Shown: positions 9,144-17,488 of the stretch, piece after piece
Position numbering within the stretch: position 1 is the stretch's first letter
Layout of the letters: the number at the start of each line of letters is the position of its first letter
Origin: Escherichia phage dhaeg
Reading direction: 5' to 3' (one strand)
DNA: 64,000 nucleotides
Sequence record: MN850609.1
The notes under the pieces: generated by a model
What the model saw: only the letters and a program-made list of their open reading frames with translations
What the model was told of the DNA's origin: nothing
The model's database searches: none
Position numbers and translations under genes: made by a program

Positions 9144-9172
9144 GTTTACAACCTAGTAGAGCATGTTATTAT
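9144..9172 (+). promoter_or_regulatory. early promoter (GTTTAC / TATTAT)
   Basis: AAAAAAGTGTTTAC, 17-bp spacer, TATTAT. Confidence 0.6.
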
Positions 9173-9209
9173 GGACCTATCAAATCTACTGAGTGAAACG
9201 GAGAATATA

Positions 9210-10190
9210 ATGTTAACTATCAAAATCAACAAAGGTATCTATCGAGGTAATGAAATCTCTGGTACGTTCATGAGTTCAGGTAAAACCTGGTTCCCTAATA
9301 AAATTCATGAATCCGAAGCTCACCTCGGTGACGGCAAGGTATTTGTACAGATTGATGGTGTTGAACGTGGTGTGTGGGTGTTCAAATGTGACATCGAAAT
9401 GGAAGGTGCTGAAGCTCCTGCAATGGTCACCGAATCCGCTGAAGAAATGAAACACCGCATCAACAAACGTTTTAAAGTAATGAACATGATGACTAACGGA
9501 ATCATCGATGGTAAAATTCGTTCCCTTATCATCTCTGGTGCCGCAGGTATTGGTAAAACATACTCTTTGGATAAAGCATTACAAAATGCCCATGAAAATG
9601 AAACTATCGAATATAAATCAATCAACGGAAAGATTAGTGGAATCGGTCTTTACGAGCAGCTTTGGAATAACCGCGGCCCTAATAGTGTTCTTCTTATTGA
9701 TGATGTTGATGTATTCTCTGACATGGATATCCTGAACCTTCTGAAAGCCGCATTGGATACTGGTGAAAAACGTAAGGTGTGTTGGAGCACTTCAAGTTCT
9801 TACCTCGACGATAAAAATATCGATAAAGAATTCGAATACGAAGGCACCATCGTGTTCATCACCAACGTTGATATTGACCGTGAATTAGAGCGTGGAACTA
9901 AACTTGCTCCACACCTCCAGGCTTTAGTATCTCGTTCCGTTTATCTCGACTTGGGTGTTCACTCAAACGAAGAGATTATGGTTCGGGTTGAAGACGTTAT
10001 CCTGTCCACTGATATGATGCAAAACCGAGGTCTGACCGATGCCGAGACTTATCAAGCTTTAGCATGGATGAAGGCTAATGTATCTCGTCTTCGTAACGTA
10101 TCATTACGTACAGCTCTTTATCTGGCGGACTTCATTGCCACCGATAAAAATGACTGGAGCGAAATCGCTGAAGTTACACTTCTGAAATAA
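9210..10190 (+). CDS. AAA+/P-loop ATPase
   Basis: Walker A GAAGIGKT, Walker B LLIDDVD; start placed at ATG after promoter (listed ORF start 9087 spans terminator and promoter). Confidence 0.6.
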   Translation: MLTIKINKGIYRGNEISGTFMSSGKTWFPNKIHESEAHLGDGKVFVQIDGVERGVWVFKCDIEMEGAEAPAMVTESAEEMKHRINKRFKVMNMMTNGIIDGKIRSLIISGAAGIGKTYSLDKALQNAHENETIEYKSINGKISGIGLYEQLWNNRGPNSVLLIDDVDVFSDMDILNLLKAALDTGEKRKVCWSTSSSYLDDKNIDKEFEYEGTIVFITNVDIDRELERGTKLAPHLQALVSRSVYLDLGVHSNEEIMVRVEDVILSTDMMQNRGLTDAETYQALAWMKANVSRLRNVSLRTALYLADFIATDKNDWSEIAEVTLLK

Positions 10191-10200
10191 AGGTGAAATT

Positions 10201-10542
10201 ATGTTCGAACAATTTAGTTATGACCTTATAAAAACAGAGTTGAAATACTCTAATGCCATGAAACAGTCTATTGAAGACTATGATAATGAATTTAAACACC
10301 AATTCGCCGAGAAGGTTTACAAAACCGATTGTGAAGAAGGAGACTACAAGAGACTGGCCTTGGCCGCGAAGACCCAAGCCTTAATAAATCTAGACCGTAA
10401 GCAGGTTAAGTTGGCAGGCGACTTCAGAGATGAACTCTGCGCCATCAGGAACGAATACCTTATTCGTATTAAACACCAACGGAAAGAGAACACCCAATCC
10501 GCATGGTTTAGTGGGCAAGCCGGTGAAAAAAGTTTTTATTAG
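10201..10542 (+). CDS. hypothetical protein
   Basis: 113-aa ORF. Confidence 0.45.
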   Translation: MFEQFSYDLIKTELKYSNAMKQSIEDYDNEFKHQFAEKVYKTDCEEGDYKRLALAAKTQALINLDRKQVKLAGDFRDELCAIRNEYLIRIKHQRKENTQSAWFSGQAGEKSFY

Positions 10543-10544
10543 TT

Positions 10545-10573
10545 GTTTACATCTCCAGTAGAAATGATACTAT
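10545..10573 (+). promoter_or_regulatory. early promoter (GTTTAC / TACTAT) with spacer/SD inverted repeat
   Basis: GTTTAC, 17 bp, TACTAT; CTCCAGTAG vs CTAATGGAG. Confidence 0.65.
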
Positions 10574-10599
10574 AGACCTATCAACTAATGGAGGTTATC

Positions 10600-11124
10600 A
10601 TGAACGCTAAAGATATTTTTTCACTGATTAATTTTAACAATGGTAATTTCAAATCTGAAAAACAAAGCAAGTTCTTTAACGACGTTGCTTGTGGTAATGA
10701 GATTACCGTATCTGGAGGAGAGATTTACAAAAGCCGTTGGAACTGGATTGTTATCATCGATTCAGTTGGTATTGTAGAGCTCTATAAAAACACTAACAAA
10801 AAACGTACTCTTCACTGGAGTCGTGAAACCAATCAAGCTTATCAAGCCGAGCGTAATAAACGTTTAATGCCTACTGAATCTGACCTGGCAAACGTTAAAT
10901 CAGATATCGCTTATTTTGATAACTTGATTGCCGAACAACAAGCGGTTATTGATAAGTTTGACGAAATCAAAGCTTGTAAAGAGATTCCTGAATTTATGCG
11001 GGAATCAGTAAACGAACAGTATGCCCTCACTTCAGGTCGTATCGAGCAGTACAAATCACAACGAGCTGAACGCCAAGCTCTGCTTCAGAAATTTGAAGAG
11101 CGTTTAAAGACGGTTCTCGCATAA
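10600..11124 (+). CDS. hypothetical protein with C-terminal coiled-coil tail
   Basis: ATG after GGAGG RBS; heptad-like C-terminus. Confidence 0.5.
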   Translation: MNAKDIFSLINFNNGNFKSEKQSKFFNDVACGNEITVSGGEIYKSRWNWIVIIDSVGIVELYKNTNKKRTLHWSRETNQAYQAERNKRLMPTESDLANVKSDIAYFDNLIAEQQAVIDKFDEIKACKEIPEFMRESVNEQYALTSGRIEQYKSQRAERQALLQKFEERLKTVLA

Positions 11125-11125
11125 A

Positions 11126-11150
11126 CGCTTTATACCAAGGATGGTATAAT
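11126..11150 (+). promoter_or_regulatory. candidate middle-type promoter (MotA-box-like CGCTTTA, 12 bp, TATAAT)
   Basis: GCTTTA motif 12 nt upstream of TATAAT. Confidence 0.35.
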
Positions 11151-11187
11151 GGTTCTAGGTTCTTAATTACTTACTGAGGAAATTATT

Positions 11188-12033
11188 ATGTCACAAGCAA
11201 TTAATCAAATTCGTTCTGAAGTTAAAAAAGTTGTTAAATTTGGTCGTATTCCTAGTTCTAAAGAAGTGGTTGAAAAGGTCCTATATATGATGTGGGACAA
11301 GTTCAATGTTTGTACTGTTAAAGATGACTTTATTAAAATCTTTGACAAGACTAAAGGTTCGTTTACGTTAGAAGACCGGGTCATGAAAACTCTTCGTAAA
11401 ACAGGTATGTTGTCTCGTGCTAATGCCAAAATTATTCTTAAAAATTATAACAAAGGCTACGACCTTTATGGTCGTTTAATCCCGGCGATGTCATTTGGTG
11501 AAGTTGTTCAAGACCTTCATGCCAACCAACGACGTTTACTGGCTCTTGGCGCTCGACTTGCAAAAGGTCTTGATAAACAAATGACATTTAAGACTAACGG
11601 TTCAGGTGATTGGATTATCTTTAATATTGTTAACCACCCTGGAAATGAAAATGAGTATACCATTTCGACTTTTAGTGGTTGTCAATACGACAACTGGAAG
11701 TTCCATCTGCGCTTGGCCCTGTCTGAATTAGAACAACACGGTGTTCTTAGTTTTGGTGATGCTGAAACTGGAGTAGGTCAGCGTATTAAACTTTATAAAA
11801 TTAAAGACCTGGCTGAAGAGCATTCAGAACAAGCTCCTAAAATGGAACCTGTACCAGTGCGCAGCAATGAGAAACATCAGGCCCAGATTGAGTATTTTAG
11901 CAATTTGCTTACTTGCTTGAATGTTACAATCCAACAACAAGATGATGAGATTTTCCGACTCTCTGGTCTTAATGCCAAAGCTAAGGCTGAACGCCAGAAA
12001 TATATCGATATCCTAAATCTTCTTAAGGATTAA
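11188..12033 (+). CDS. hypothetical protein with C-terminal coiled-coil tail
   Basis: 281 aa; conserved TIR ACTGAGGAAATTATTATG. Confidence 0.5.
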   Translation: MSQAINQIRSEVKKVVKFGRIPSSKEVVEKVLYMMWDKFNVCTVKDDFIKIFDKTKGSFTLEDRVMKTLRKTGMLSRANAKIILKNYNKGYDLYGRLIPAMSFGEVVQDLHANQRRLLALGARLAKGLDKQMTFKTNGSGDWIIFNIVNHPGNENEYTISTFSGCQYDNWKFHLRLALSELEQHGVLSFGDAETGVGQRIKLYKIKDLAEEHSEQAPKMEPVPVRSNEKHQAQIEYFSNLLTCLNVTIQQQDDEIFRLSGLNAKAKAERQKYIDILNLLKD

Positions 12034-12117
12034 TTATGGAATGGCTCGCTGTTCTTGGTTATGTAATCGTAGCCACGGGTGTTCTGTGGCTAATTTTCTC
12101 AAACATTATAGGTTAAT

Positions 12118-12333
12118 ATGGAAATCTTAGGTTTTATTCTCCTTTACTTTGTGCTAGGATTTATGACGACCTTTATCATTCATAAATCAGGTGATTGGAA
12201 TCCGATCGAAATTGAATCAAGCTATGATGCAGTATTCATTACACTAGTATGGCCCCTACTTTGGGTTGTTTTGGTCATTATGATGGTGTTTTGGCCTATC
12301 GCTAAATTCTATGAAAAATTATTTGGACTTTAA
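12118..12333 (+). CDS. small membrane protein
   Basis: 71 aa, two hydrophobic helices. Confidence 0.45.
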   Translation: MEILGFILLYFVLGFMTTFIIHKSGDWNPIEIESSYDAVFITLVWPLLWVVLVIMMVFWPIAKFYEKLFGL

Positions 12334-12334
12334 T

Positions 12335-13204
12335 ATGAACATTAAAACACGTAAAGAATACTCTATATACGACCATGACACAACTCGTCGTATCGCTATT
12401 GACAGGTTAGCCGACTTTGGTCATATTTGTAATGGTAATTATACTTATGGCGTAGGTCGTAAAGGAACTTATATTTCTTCTTTGAACGATTATTGCCGTC
12501 GCCCAGCCCACCTGTTTGGTGCAACATTACGAGCTAATATCAAAGACCTCTTGGCTACTGCAGGACGTATTTCTACGGTTCCTGTTAATATCAAGAATAT
12601 TAATTTTACGGCCCGTAACCTAGTCATTAATATTCTGTCTGACGGTATTCAAGTTCGTTTTCGCCCCACCTCAAAAGGTAATAAGGCCCTTCGTGAAGCA
12701 TTCGAAACCTTATTCAGAGAAGCAATGACTCGTATTAAGGCCGTAGAATCATATAAAGTTACAACCGATGAATATGCTGATTGTTCCGGGCAAGCCGATG
12801 CAGTGTATATCAGAGTTAAACTAACTAGCGAATATCTTTTATCTTATGCCCCTTATCAACCCCAACAAAAGGACCCACAAATGGAACGTCGTATCTCTGC
12901 AGTATCATGTGACAGCGTAGGCCAGTATGCAGCCTATGACAAATTCAAAACCACCGCTGTGCCTAGTCCATTCAATTCCGAACCGTATCATTGGAAAATT
13001 AAACCTGATAATTCTTTGGTTGTTACTAACCCTACGATGAAACCTATTGAGACCTATTATGCAGATAGCATTCAGGAATCAATCCATCGTTTAAATGGTC
13101 AGATTGAAGATGAGAAAAAGAGCATTCAAGACGTTCTTAATCGCATCAAGAATATGGAAAACCAGCGTGACAAGCTTCGCGCGGCACTATTAGCTCTAAA
13201 ATAA
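12335..13204 (+). CDS. hypothetical protein with C-terminal coiled-coil tail
   Basis: ATG immediately after upstream stop. Confidence 0.5.
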   Translation: MNIKTRKEYSIYDHDTTRRIAIDRLADFGHICNGNYTYGVGRKGTYISSLNDYCRRPAHLFGATLRANIKDLLATAGRISTVPVNIKNINFTARNLVINILSDGIQVRFRPTSKGNKALREAFETLFREAMTRIKAVESYKVTTDEYADCSGQADAVYIRVKLTSEYLLSYAPYQPQQKDPQMERRISAVSCDSVGQYAAYDKFKTTAVPSPFNSEPYHWKIKPDNSLVVTNPTMKPIETYYADSIQESIHRLNGQIEDEKKSIQDVLNRIKNMENQRDKLRAALLALK

Positions 13205-13205
13205 T

Positions 13206-13235
13206 GTTTACATCCAAGGACGGATGGAGTATAAT
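13206..13235 (+). promoter_or_regulatory. early promoter (GTTTAC / TATAAT)
   Basis: GTTTAC, 18-bp spacer, TATAAT. Confidence 0.55.
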
Positions 13236-13263
13236 CCTTTTATCAACTACTGAGGAGAATATC

Positions 13264-14274
13264 ATGACCCGTACTGAATACATCAATGCCTTTACTACGT
13301 ATATCACTGACAATACCCCTCCATTAACCCCATATGAGGTGATAGTTTCCAATATCAATAAATGGGTAGACCAAATTGATGAAGATTTGTCGCTGTATTT
13401 TAAATCTGAAATAGAAAAGATTGCAGGGCGTTTGTTTATCCCTGATATCATAGATACATTTAAAGGTTCTCGACTTCTTTCGCGGCTGGTTAATAAGGAT
13501 ATCCTTTCAGAGTTTGGCAAAGAGAAACACCCAGGTTCCAGCCACGTTGTTAGCTACCAATGGTTTGGTGATGTTTTAAAAAGCTATATCAAAATGAAAG
13601 GTATGGATCCTAGTGGTCTATTTCCACAGCGTTGGACTAGTGAATTTAAGGCTAACTCTGCATTAATTCTCAAAGCGGCCTCTAAAACCATAGTTTCTGG
13701 TGATTCCCGTACTATTCACCCTATGGCTAATTGCATGATTAAAACAAATAGTTATAAAGGAAAAGCAATTATTTCTGTTATTTGGTCACCTAATAGGAAA
13801 CCTAAAGATGACGCGGAAGTTGTAAAGTATCAAGATATTGCTTACGACACCTTGAATATTATCGAACAAGCCTTAGCTTTTATGGATACAGTAGAGAAAT
13901 ATGAGACTCAAGAAGTAAAACATTTCTATGGCTGGAAAGGATACGAGGTCTTAGTAAAAGTTCGCGAAATCAAATGCCATGTTCCAAAAACTGACGCTGA
14001 AATTTACCAAGAAAAATGTGAGGAAATTGTGAACACTGATAAAGAGCCTGCTACATTAGAAGACTTGATTAACGACTTGAATAGCCCTATCATGGCTCCT
14101 ACACCAATTACTAAATCCAAGTTACCGGAAATCGTTGCCTTAGAAAAAGCGTATAAAGATGCCCTTGCTATTAACAAAAAACTGACTGGCCAATATACCG
14201 CTGCCAAGAAACTTTGGGAAGAGTCTACCAATCGTTTAGACCGTCTTGAACAAGCTCTGGAGCTGTTGAAATGA
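13264..14274 (+). CDS. hypothetical protein with C-terminal coiled-coil tail
   Basis: start at ATG after promoter and GAGGAG RBS (listed ORF start spans promoter). Confidence 0.5.
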   Translation: MTRTEYINAFTTYITDNTPPLTPYEVIVSNINKWVDQIDEDLSLYFKSEIEKIAGRLFIPDIIDTFKGSRLLSRLVNKDILSEFGKEKHPGSSHVVSYQWFGDVLKSYIKMKGMDPSGLFPQRWTSEFKANSALILKAASKTIVSGDSRTIHPMANCMIKTNSYKGKAIISVIWSPNRKPKDDAEVVKYQDIAYDTLNIIEQALAFMDTVEKYETQEVKHFYGWKGYEVLVKVREIKCHVPKTDAEIYQEKCEEIVNTDKEPATLEDLINDLNSPIMAPTPITKSKLPEIVALEKAYKDALAINKKLTGQYTAAKKLWEESTNRLDRLEQALELLK

Positions 14275-14492
14275 AATATCAATTAGCCGATGATATCGAC
14301 CAAACTATTCCTGATTGGAATCAAATTATTAAAATTGTCGAACGTCGTGAAAAAGCTTCTAAGAACGTTCCTAACTGTCCTGAGTGCGGAACTGAACAAG
14401 TCCAGTTGACTCAATGGCGTCATAATCCGCTTCAGTATAAATGCCGTCATTGTAAACACCGATTTGAGCGAGATGAAAATGGCAAAGCGTAA
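14271..14492 (+). CDS. zinc-ribbon protein
   Basis: 73 aa; CPECG ... CRHCKH motif. Confidence 0.45.
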   Translation: MKYQLADDIDQTIPDWNQIIKIVERREKASKNVPNCPECGTEQVQLTQWRHNPLQYKCRHCKHRFERDENGKA

Positions 14493-14715
14493 AGAATATG
14501 TAGAGGCCGCTGATAAGGCGGTCCGTGAACTTACTTTGGCTTATTATAAAGAGCACGGTAAATTTCCGGACAGTTATTCAGTATTGAAATCTGCTTTAAC
14601 TCGTTCGTATAATAATATACTATCTGATGTATATGATTTAAAATACGAACACCTCGAAAAATACGGAACAGAACTTGACCGTTCTGAAGCATTCAAACAA
14701 GTATTAGGAATTTAA
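14464..14715 (+). CDS. hypothetical protein
   Basis: 83-aa ORF, start ambiguous (ATGs at 14464/14473/14479). Confidence 0.4.
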   Translation: MSEMKMAKRKEYVEAADKAVRELTLAYYKEHGKFPDSYSVLKSALTRSYNNILSDVYDLKYEHLEKYGTELDRSEAFKQVLGI

Positions 14716-14716
14716 A

Positions 14717-14980
14717 ATGTTTAAAGTTTATGGTTACGATTCAAATATTCACCGTTGTGTTTTCTGTGATAATGCCAAACGTCTACTTGATGTTAAGAAA
14801 CAACCTTACGAATTCATTAACGTGATGCCGGAAAAAGGTGTATTTGATGATAAGAAGATTGCTGAACTCTTGGCTGCTCTTGGTCGTGAATCTCAAGTAG
14901 GTTTGACCATGCCTCAGGTATTTGCTCCTGACGGAACTTCTATTGGTGGCTTTGACCAACTGCGAGCATATTTCAAATGA
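14717..14980 (+). CDS. nrdC: glutaredoxin (NrdC-like)
   Basis: 87 aa; CVFC active site; C-terminal GGFDQL typical of glutaredoxins. Confidence 0.75.
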   Translation: MFKVYGYDSNIHRCVFCDNAKRLLDVKKQPYEFINVMPEKGVFDDKKIAELLAALGRESQVGLTMPQVFAPDGTSIGGFDQLRAYFK

Positions 14981-15144
14981 TTGAATTATTGTTGGGTATT
15001 TTGTATCTTATCATCGGTATTGGTTATGCTAAGACCCTAGCTAAATTAGATGATTTCGGTGCAGGTGACTTTTGTTGGTGGCTGACGTCTATGATTTGTT
15101 GGCCTTTATTTCTGGTTGGTGCTTCATTCTGGAACTTTAAATGA
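14977..15144 (+). CDS. small hydrophobic membrane protein (unlisted ORF)
   Basis: 55 codons read by hand; ATGA overlaps at both ends. Confidence 0.35.
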   Translation: MIELLLGILYLIIGIGYAKTLAKLDDFGAGDFCWWLTSMICWPLFLVGASFWNFK

Positions 15145-15449
15145 TTGGATTAAATGAACAGACCATTTTTCTAGGTGATGGTACTGAAGACGACCTAGAA
15201 TATAAACTATACGAATATATGGTTTGGTTGGCTAAAGCAGAAGGTATTGATTTTGTTGTGGCTAACCCGTATGGCGAGAATACTGTTGTAATCGGTGGCA
15301 CTGCTTATGAAGTCCAATGGCAATACGTTGGGCTAGAATCTGAAGAATTTGAAGAAGATGAGCATGGTGATTGGCATCCGGTTGGCCCTTGGTATTGGGA
15401 AAACGGCGAGCCTGATTTTGAAGTAAGTAGTTGGTGGTGTGACCGTTAA
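15141..15449 (+). CDS. hypothetical acidic protein
   Basis: 102-aa ORF. Confidence 0.45.
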   Translation: MIGLNEQTIFLGDGTEDDLEYKLYEYMVWLAKAEGIDFVVANPYGENTVVIGGTAYEVQWQYVGLESEEFEEDEHGDWHPVGPWYWENGEPDFEVSSWWCDR

Positions 15450-15495
15450 GCCATGGTATGTCGCTCGGTGGGAAACTACCGAGCCAGAGGAACCG

Positions 15496-15525
15496 GTTTA
15501 CAACGATTCCGAAATAGAGTATAAT
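15496..15525 (+). promoter_or_regulatory. early promoter (GTTTAC / TATAAT)
   Basis: GTTTAC, 18 bp, TATAAT. Confidence 0.5.
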
Positions 15526-15565
15526 GAACCTTCAAACAATGATTTAATCGATATGGAGTTTGGAT

Positions 15566-15739
15566 ATGAGTACCAAAATTGAAGTTGGCCGTCACAAAGG
15601 CCGTCTGATTGAGCATTCGCTTTACGAGTTGTCGGATTCGGGTTCTTTACCTGACCTAGAATCCGATTTGATTAAAGCTGCTGCTGACTATATCCATTGG
15701 CTTGAAGCTCAACTTCGCTTTGCTGATAAGGCGTTCTGA
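15566..15739 (+). CDS. hypothetical small protein (unlisted ORF)
   Basis: 57 codons read by hand; GGAG RBS. Confidence 0.35.
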   Translation: MSTKIEVGRHKGRLIEHSLYELSDSGSLPDLESDLIKAAADYIHWLEAQLRFADKAF

Positions 15740-15815
15740 TGAAAACTTCTACTGTAATCTTGTGCTTATGGGGAATTTTTAATTTGGGTATGCTTGTTTA
15801 CTTGGTGGGTCAATT

Positions 15816-15992
15816 ATGAAAACTAAATTAGTCTATACTGAAAAGTTAAATGGTGACAAGGTCTGGAAACTTCTTATCAAAGGAAGTCCTACCGACCAGT
15901 TTATGGCCACCTGTATAGGGTTGTATACCCGTCCTACCAAAAAGATGATTCGTCAATTTAAACGGTTGCATCGCTCATTTTATAATGTTTAA
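15816..15992 (+). CDS. hypothetical small basic protein (unlisted ORF)
   Basis: 58 codons read by hand; coupled via 26-codon hydrophobic mini-ORF 15739-15819. Confidence 0.3.
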   Translation: MKTKLVYTEKLNGDKVWKLLIKGSPTDQFMATCIGLYTRPTKKMIRQFKRLHRSFYNV

Positions 15993-15998
15993 TAAATA

Positions 15999-16021
15999 CC
16001 CTTATCTAATAATGGTAAGGG
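15999..16021 (+). promoter_or_regulatory. RNA hairpin sequestering the gene 49 Shine-Dalgarno
   Basis: CCCTTA / TAAGGG stem with AAGGG SD in the 3' arm, 6 nt before ATG; TAATAAATA just upstream. Confidence 0.5.
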
Positions 16022-16027
16022 TTTATT

Positions 16028-16501
16028 ATGTTGCTGACTGGCAAATTATACAAAGAAGAAAAACAAAATCTTTATGATGCACAACATGGTAAGTGTTTGA
16101 TTTGTAAACGTGAATTAAACCCTGATGTTCAAAGTAACCACCTTGACCACGACCATGAATTGAATGGGCCAAAAGCCGGTAAGGTTCGTGGTTTACTATG
16201 TAATCTGTGCAATGCTGCAGAAGGACAAATGAAGCATAAGTTCAACCGTTCTGGTTTGAAAGGTCAAAACGTTGACTACCTCGAATGGTTAGAGAATTTG
16301 CTGGTCTATCTGAAAGCTGATTATACCGAAAATAATATCCATCCTAATTTCGTTCCTGATAAAACCAAAGAGTTCAGTAGATTAGGTAAGGAAGAAATGA
16401 TTGCTGAAATGCTTTCACATGGAATGACTTATAATGAATCTGACACAAAGAAACAAATGGTCGATTCATTTAAAAAACAACTGAGGAAATCGCTTAAATG
16501 A
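16028..16501 (+). CDS. 49: endonuclease VII (Holliday-junction resolvase, gp49)
   Basis: 157 aa; CLIC ... HLDHDHELNG ... CNLCN motif typical of T4 Endo VII. Confidence 0.8.
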   Translation: MLLTGKLYKEEKQNLYDAQHGKCLICKRELNPDVQSNHLDHDHELNGPKAGKVRGLLCNLCNAAEGQMKHKFNRSGLKGQNVDYLEWLENLLVYLKADYTENNIHPNFVPDKTKEFSRLGKEEMIAEMLSHGMTYNESDTKKQMVDSFKKQLRKSLK

Positions 16502-16610
16502 TTAATTTTTATGGCTACACATTCTATGCTTTAGCCGAATCAGTGAATGATGCTGTACGTCTTATGGGTGTTGAGTATCCTGCTCAATGGTTATTTGTTG
16601 TAACTAACAT

Positions 16611-16838
16611 GTGGGTTCTTTAATGAATAAATTTCGTAATGCAGTTTCTGATATCTTGGCCAATATTACATTTGTCTTGTTTATTGTGTGCCTTTTAATC
16701 CTAGTCATCCCATTTGGATTGCTGTTCGTTATTATTGGTGCGCTGAGTACTGAAAAGGGTCTCGAAGAGTCTGAGTTCGAAAAACGAATCCAGTCTGTCC
16801 ATAGTGTTATTTCTAAAATGATGAAGGTGAAAGAATGA
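16611..16838 (+). CDS. small membrane protein
   Basis: 75 aa, one long hydrophobic segment. Confidence 0.45.
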   Translation: MGSLMNKFRNAVSDILANITFVLFIVCLLILVIPFGLLFVIIGALSTEKGLEESEFEKRIQSVHSVISKMMKVKE

Positions 16839-17131
16839 AACGTTTTGAAGAATATGTAGCTACTGATTGGGGTGCCTGGGACAAGTTCGGTCAAGAATGG
16901 TATTTCCATGATTGCGACCTTAACCCGGAATTCTTTAAAGATAAGGAAGATGACCTCAAGGACATCTATGCTCTATCAGAGATTCACGGTATTAAACCTA
17001 CTGTCTACTTCTCTTTTGATGATATGGGATTCCTTATCCAGATTTACGTCCCGTATGGAACTAATGAAGACGAAGTTATCAAAACTTGGGACTACCAAGG
17101 AGTTATTTCCTGTGGACCAAAAGTTAACTAA
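16835..17131 (+). CDS. hypothetical acidic protein
   Basis: 98-aa ORF, ATGA overlap. Confidence 0.45.
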   Translation: MKRFEEYVATDWGAWDKFGQEWYFHDCDLNPEFFKDKEDDLKDIYALSEIHGIKPTVYFSFDDMGFLIQIYVPYGTNEDEVIKTWDYQGVISCGPKVN

Positions 17132-17429
17132 AATTGAGATTTACGGTATCCCTGAGACAGTCATGCGCTGTCCAGGGTGCATTGCAGTTCTATCGCTCCT
17201 AAATTCCCTTTCTATCCCACATACTTTCTATCCTGTGATTAACCAGACGCCGTCAGGCGCAGTATATGACAAGCCTCTTATAGTATCATTGGCCAAACGC
17301 GCCGGCTTCAAGAGCTTAGCTATACGCTATCCTGTCATCTTTGTTGATAATAAGAAAATAGAAAATATTCCTGCTTTTAAAGCACTTTTGATTGAACTTG
17401 GTTATGACCGAGATTTAATTGAAGATTAG
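17112..17429 (+). CDS. glutaredoxin/NrdH-like redoxin (CPGC), proposed GTG start
   Basis: C-terminal 105 codons of ORF 16872-17429 have a thioredoxin-fold pattern; AAGGAG 9 nt upstream of GTG. Confidence 0.35.
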   Translation: MDQKLTKIEIYGIPETVMRCPGCIAVLSLLNSLSIPHTFYPVINQTPSGAVYDKPLIVSLAKRAGFKSLAIRYPVIFVDNKKIENIPAFKALLIELGYDRDLIED

Positions 17430-17430
17430 T

Positions 17431-17459
17431 GTTTACTTCCTCTCCTCACGTGTTATAGT
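17431..17459 (+). promoter_or_regulatory. early promoter (GTTTAC / TATAGT) with 13-bp spacer/SD inverted repeat
   Basis: TCTCCTCACGTGT vs ACACATGAGGAGA. Confidence 0.6.
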
Positions 17460-17488
17460 CTATCCTATCAACACATGAGGAGAACATT

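Noticed and set aside
9087-9209. Upstream extensions of listed ORFs (also 13204-13263 and 27904-27963)
   Set aside because: The extensions run through a terminator hairpin and/or the -35/-10 of the gene's own promoter and lack an RBS. The downstream ATG with a GGAG-type RBS, and alignment with T4 for the polymerase, were used.
15464-15486. Hairpin GCTCGGTGG...CTACCGAGC after ORF 15141-15449 as a terminator
   Set aside because: Imperfect stem and no following T-tract; noted as possible RNA structure only.
16872-17429. 185-codon listed ORF spanning two genes
   Set aside because: Its first about 80 codons overlap ORF 16835-17131 in another frame and are S/T/L/R-rich with no protein-like features. 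Only the C-terminal redoxin-like part is credible, so a GTG start at 17112 was proposed instead.
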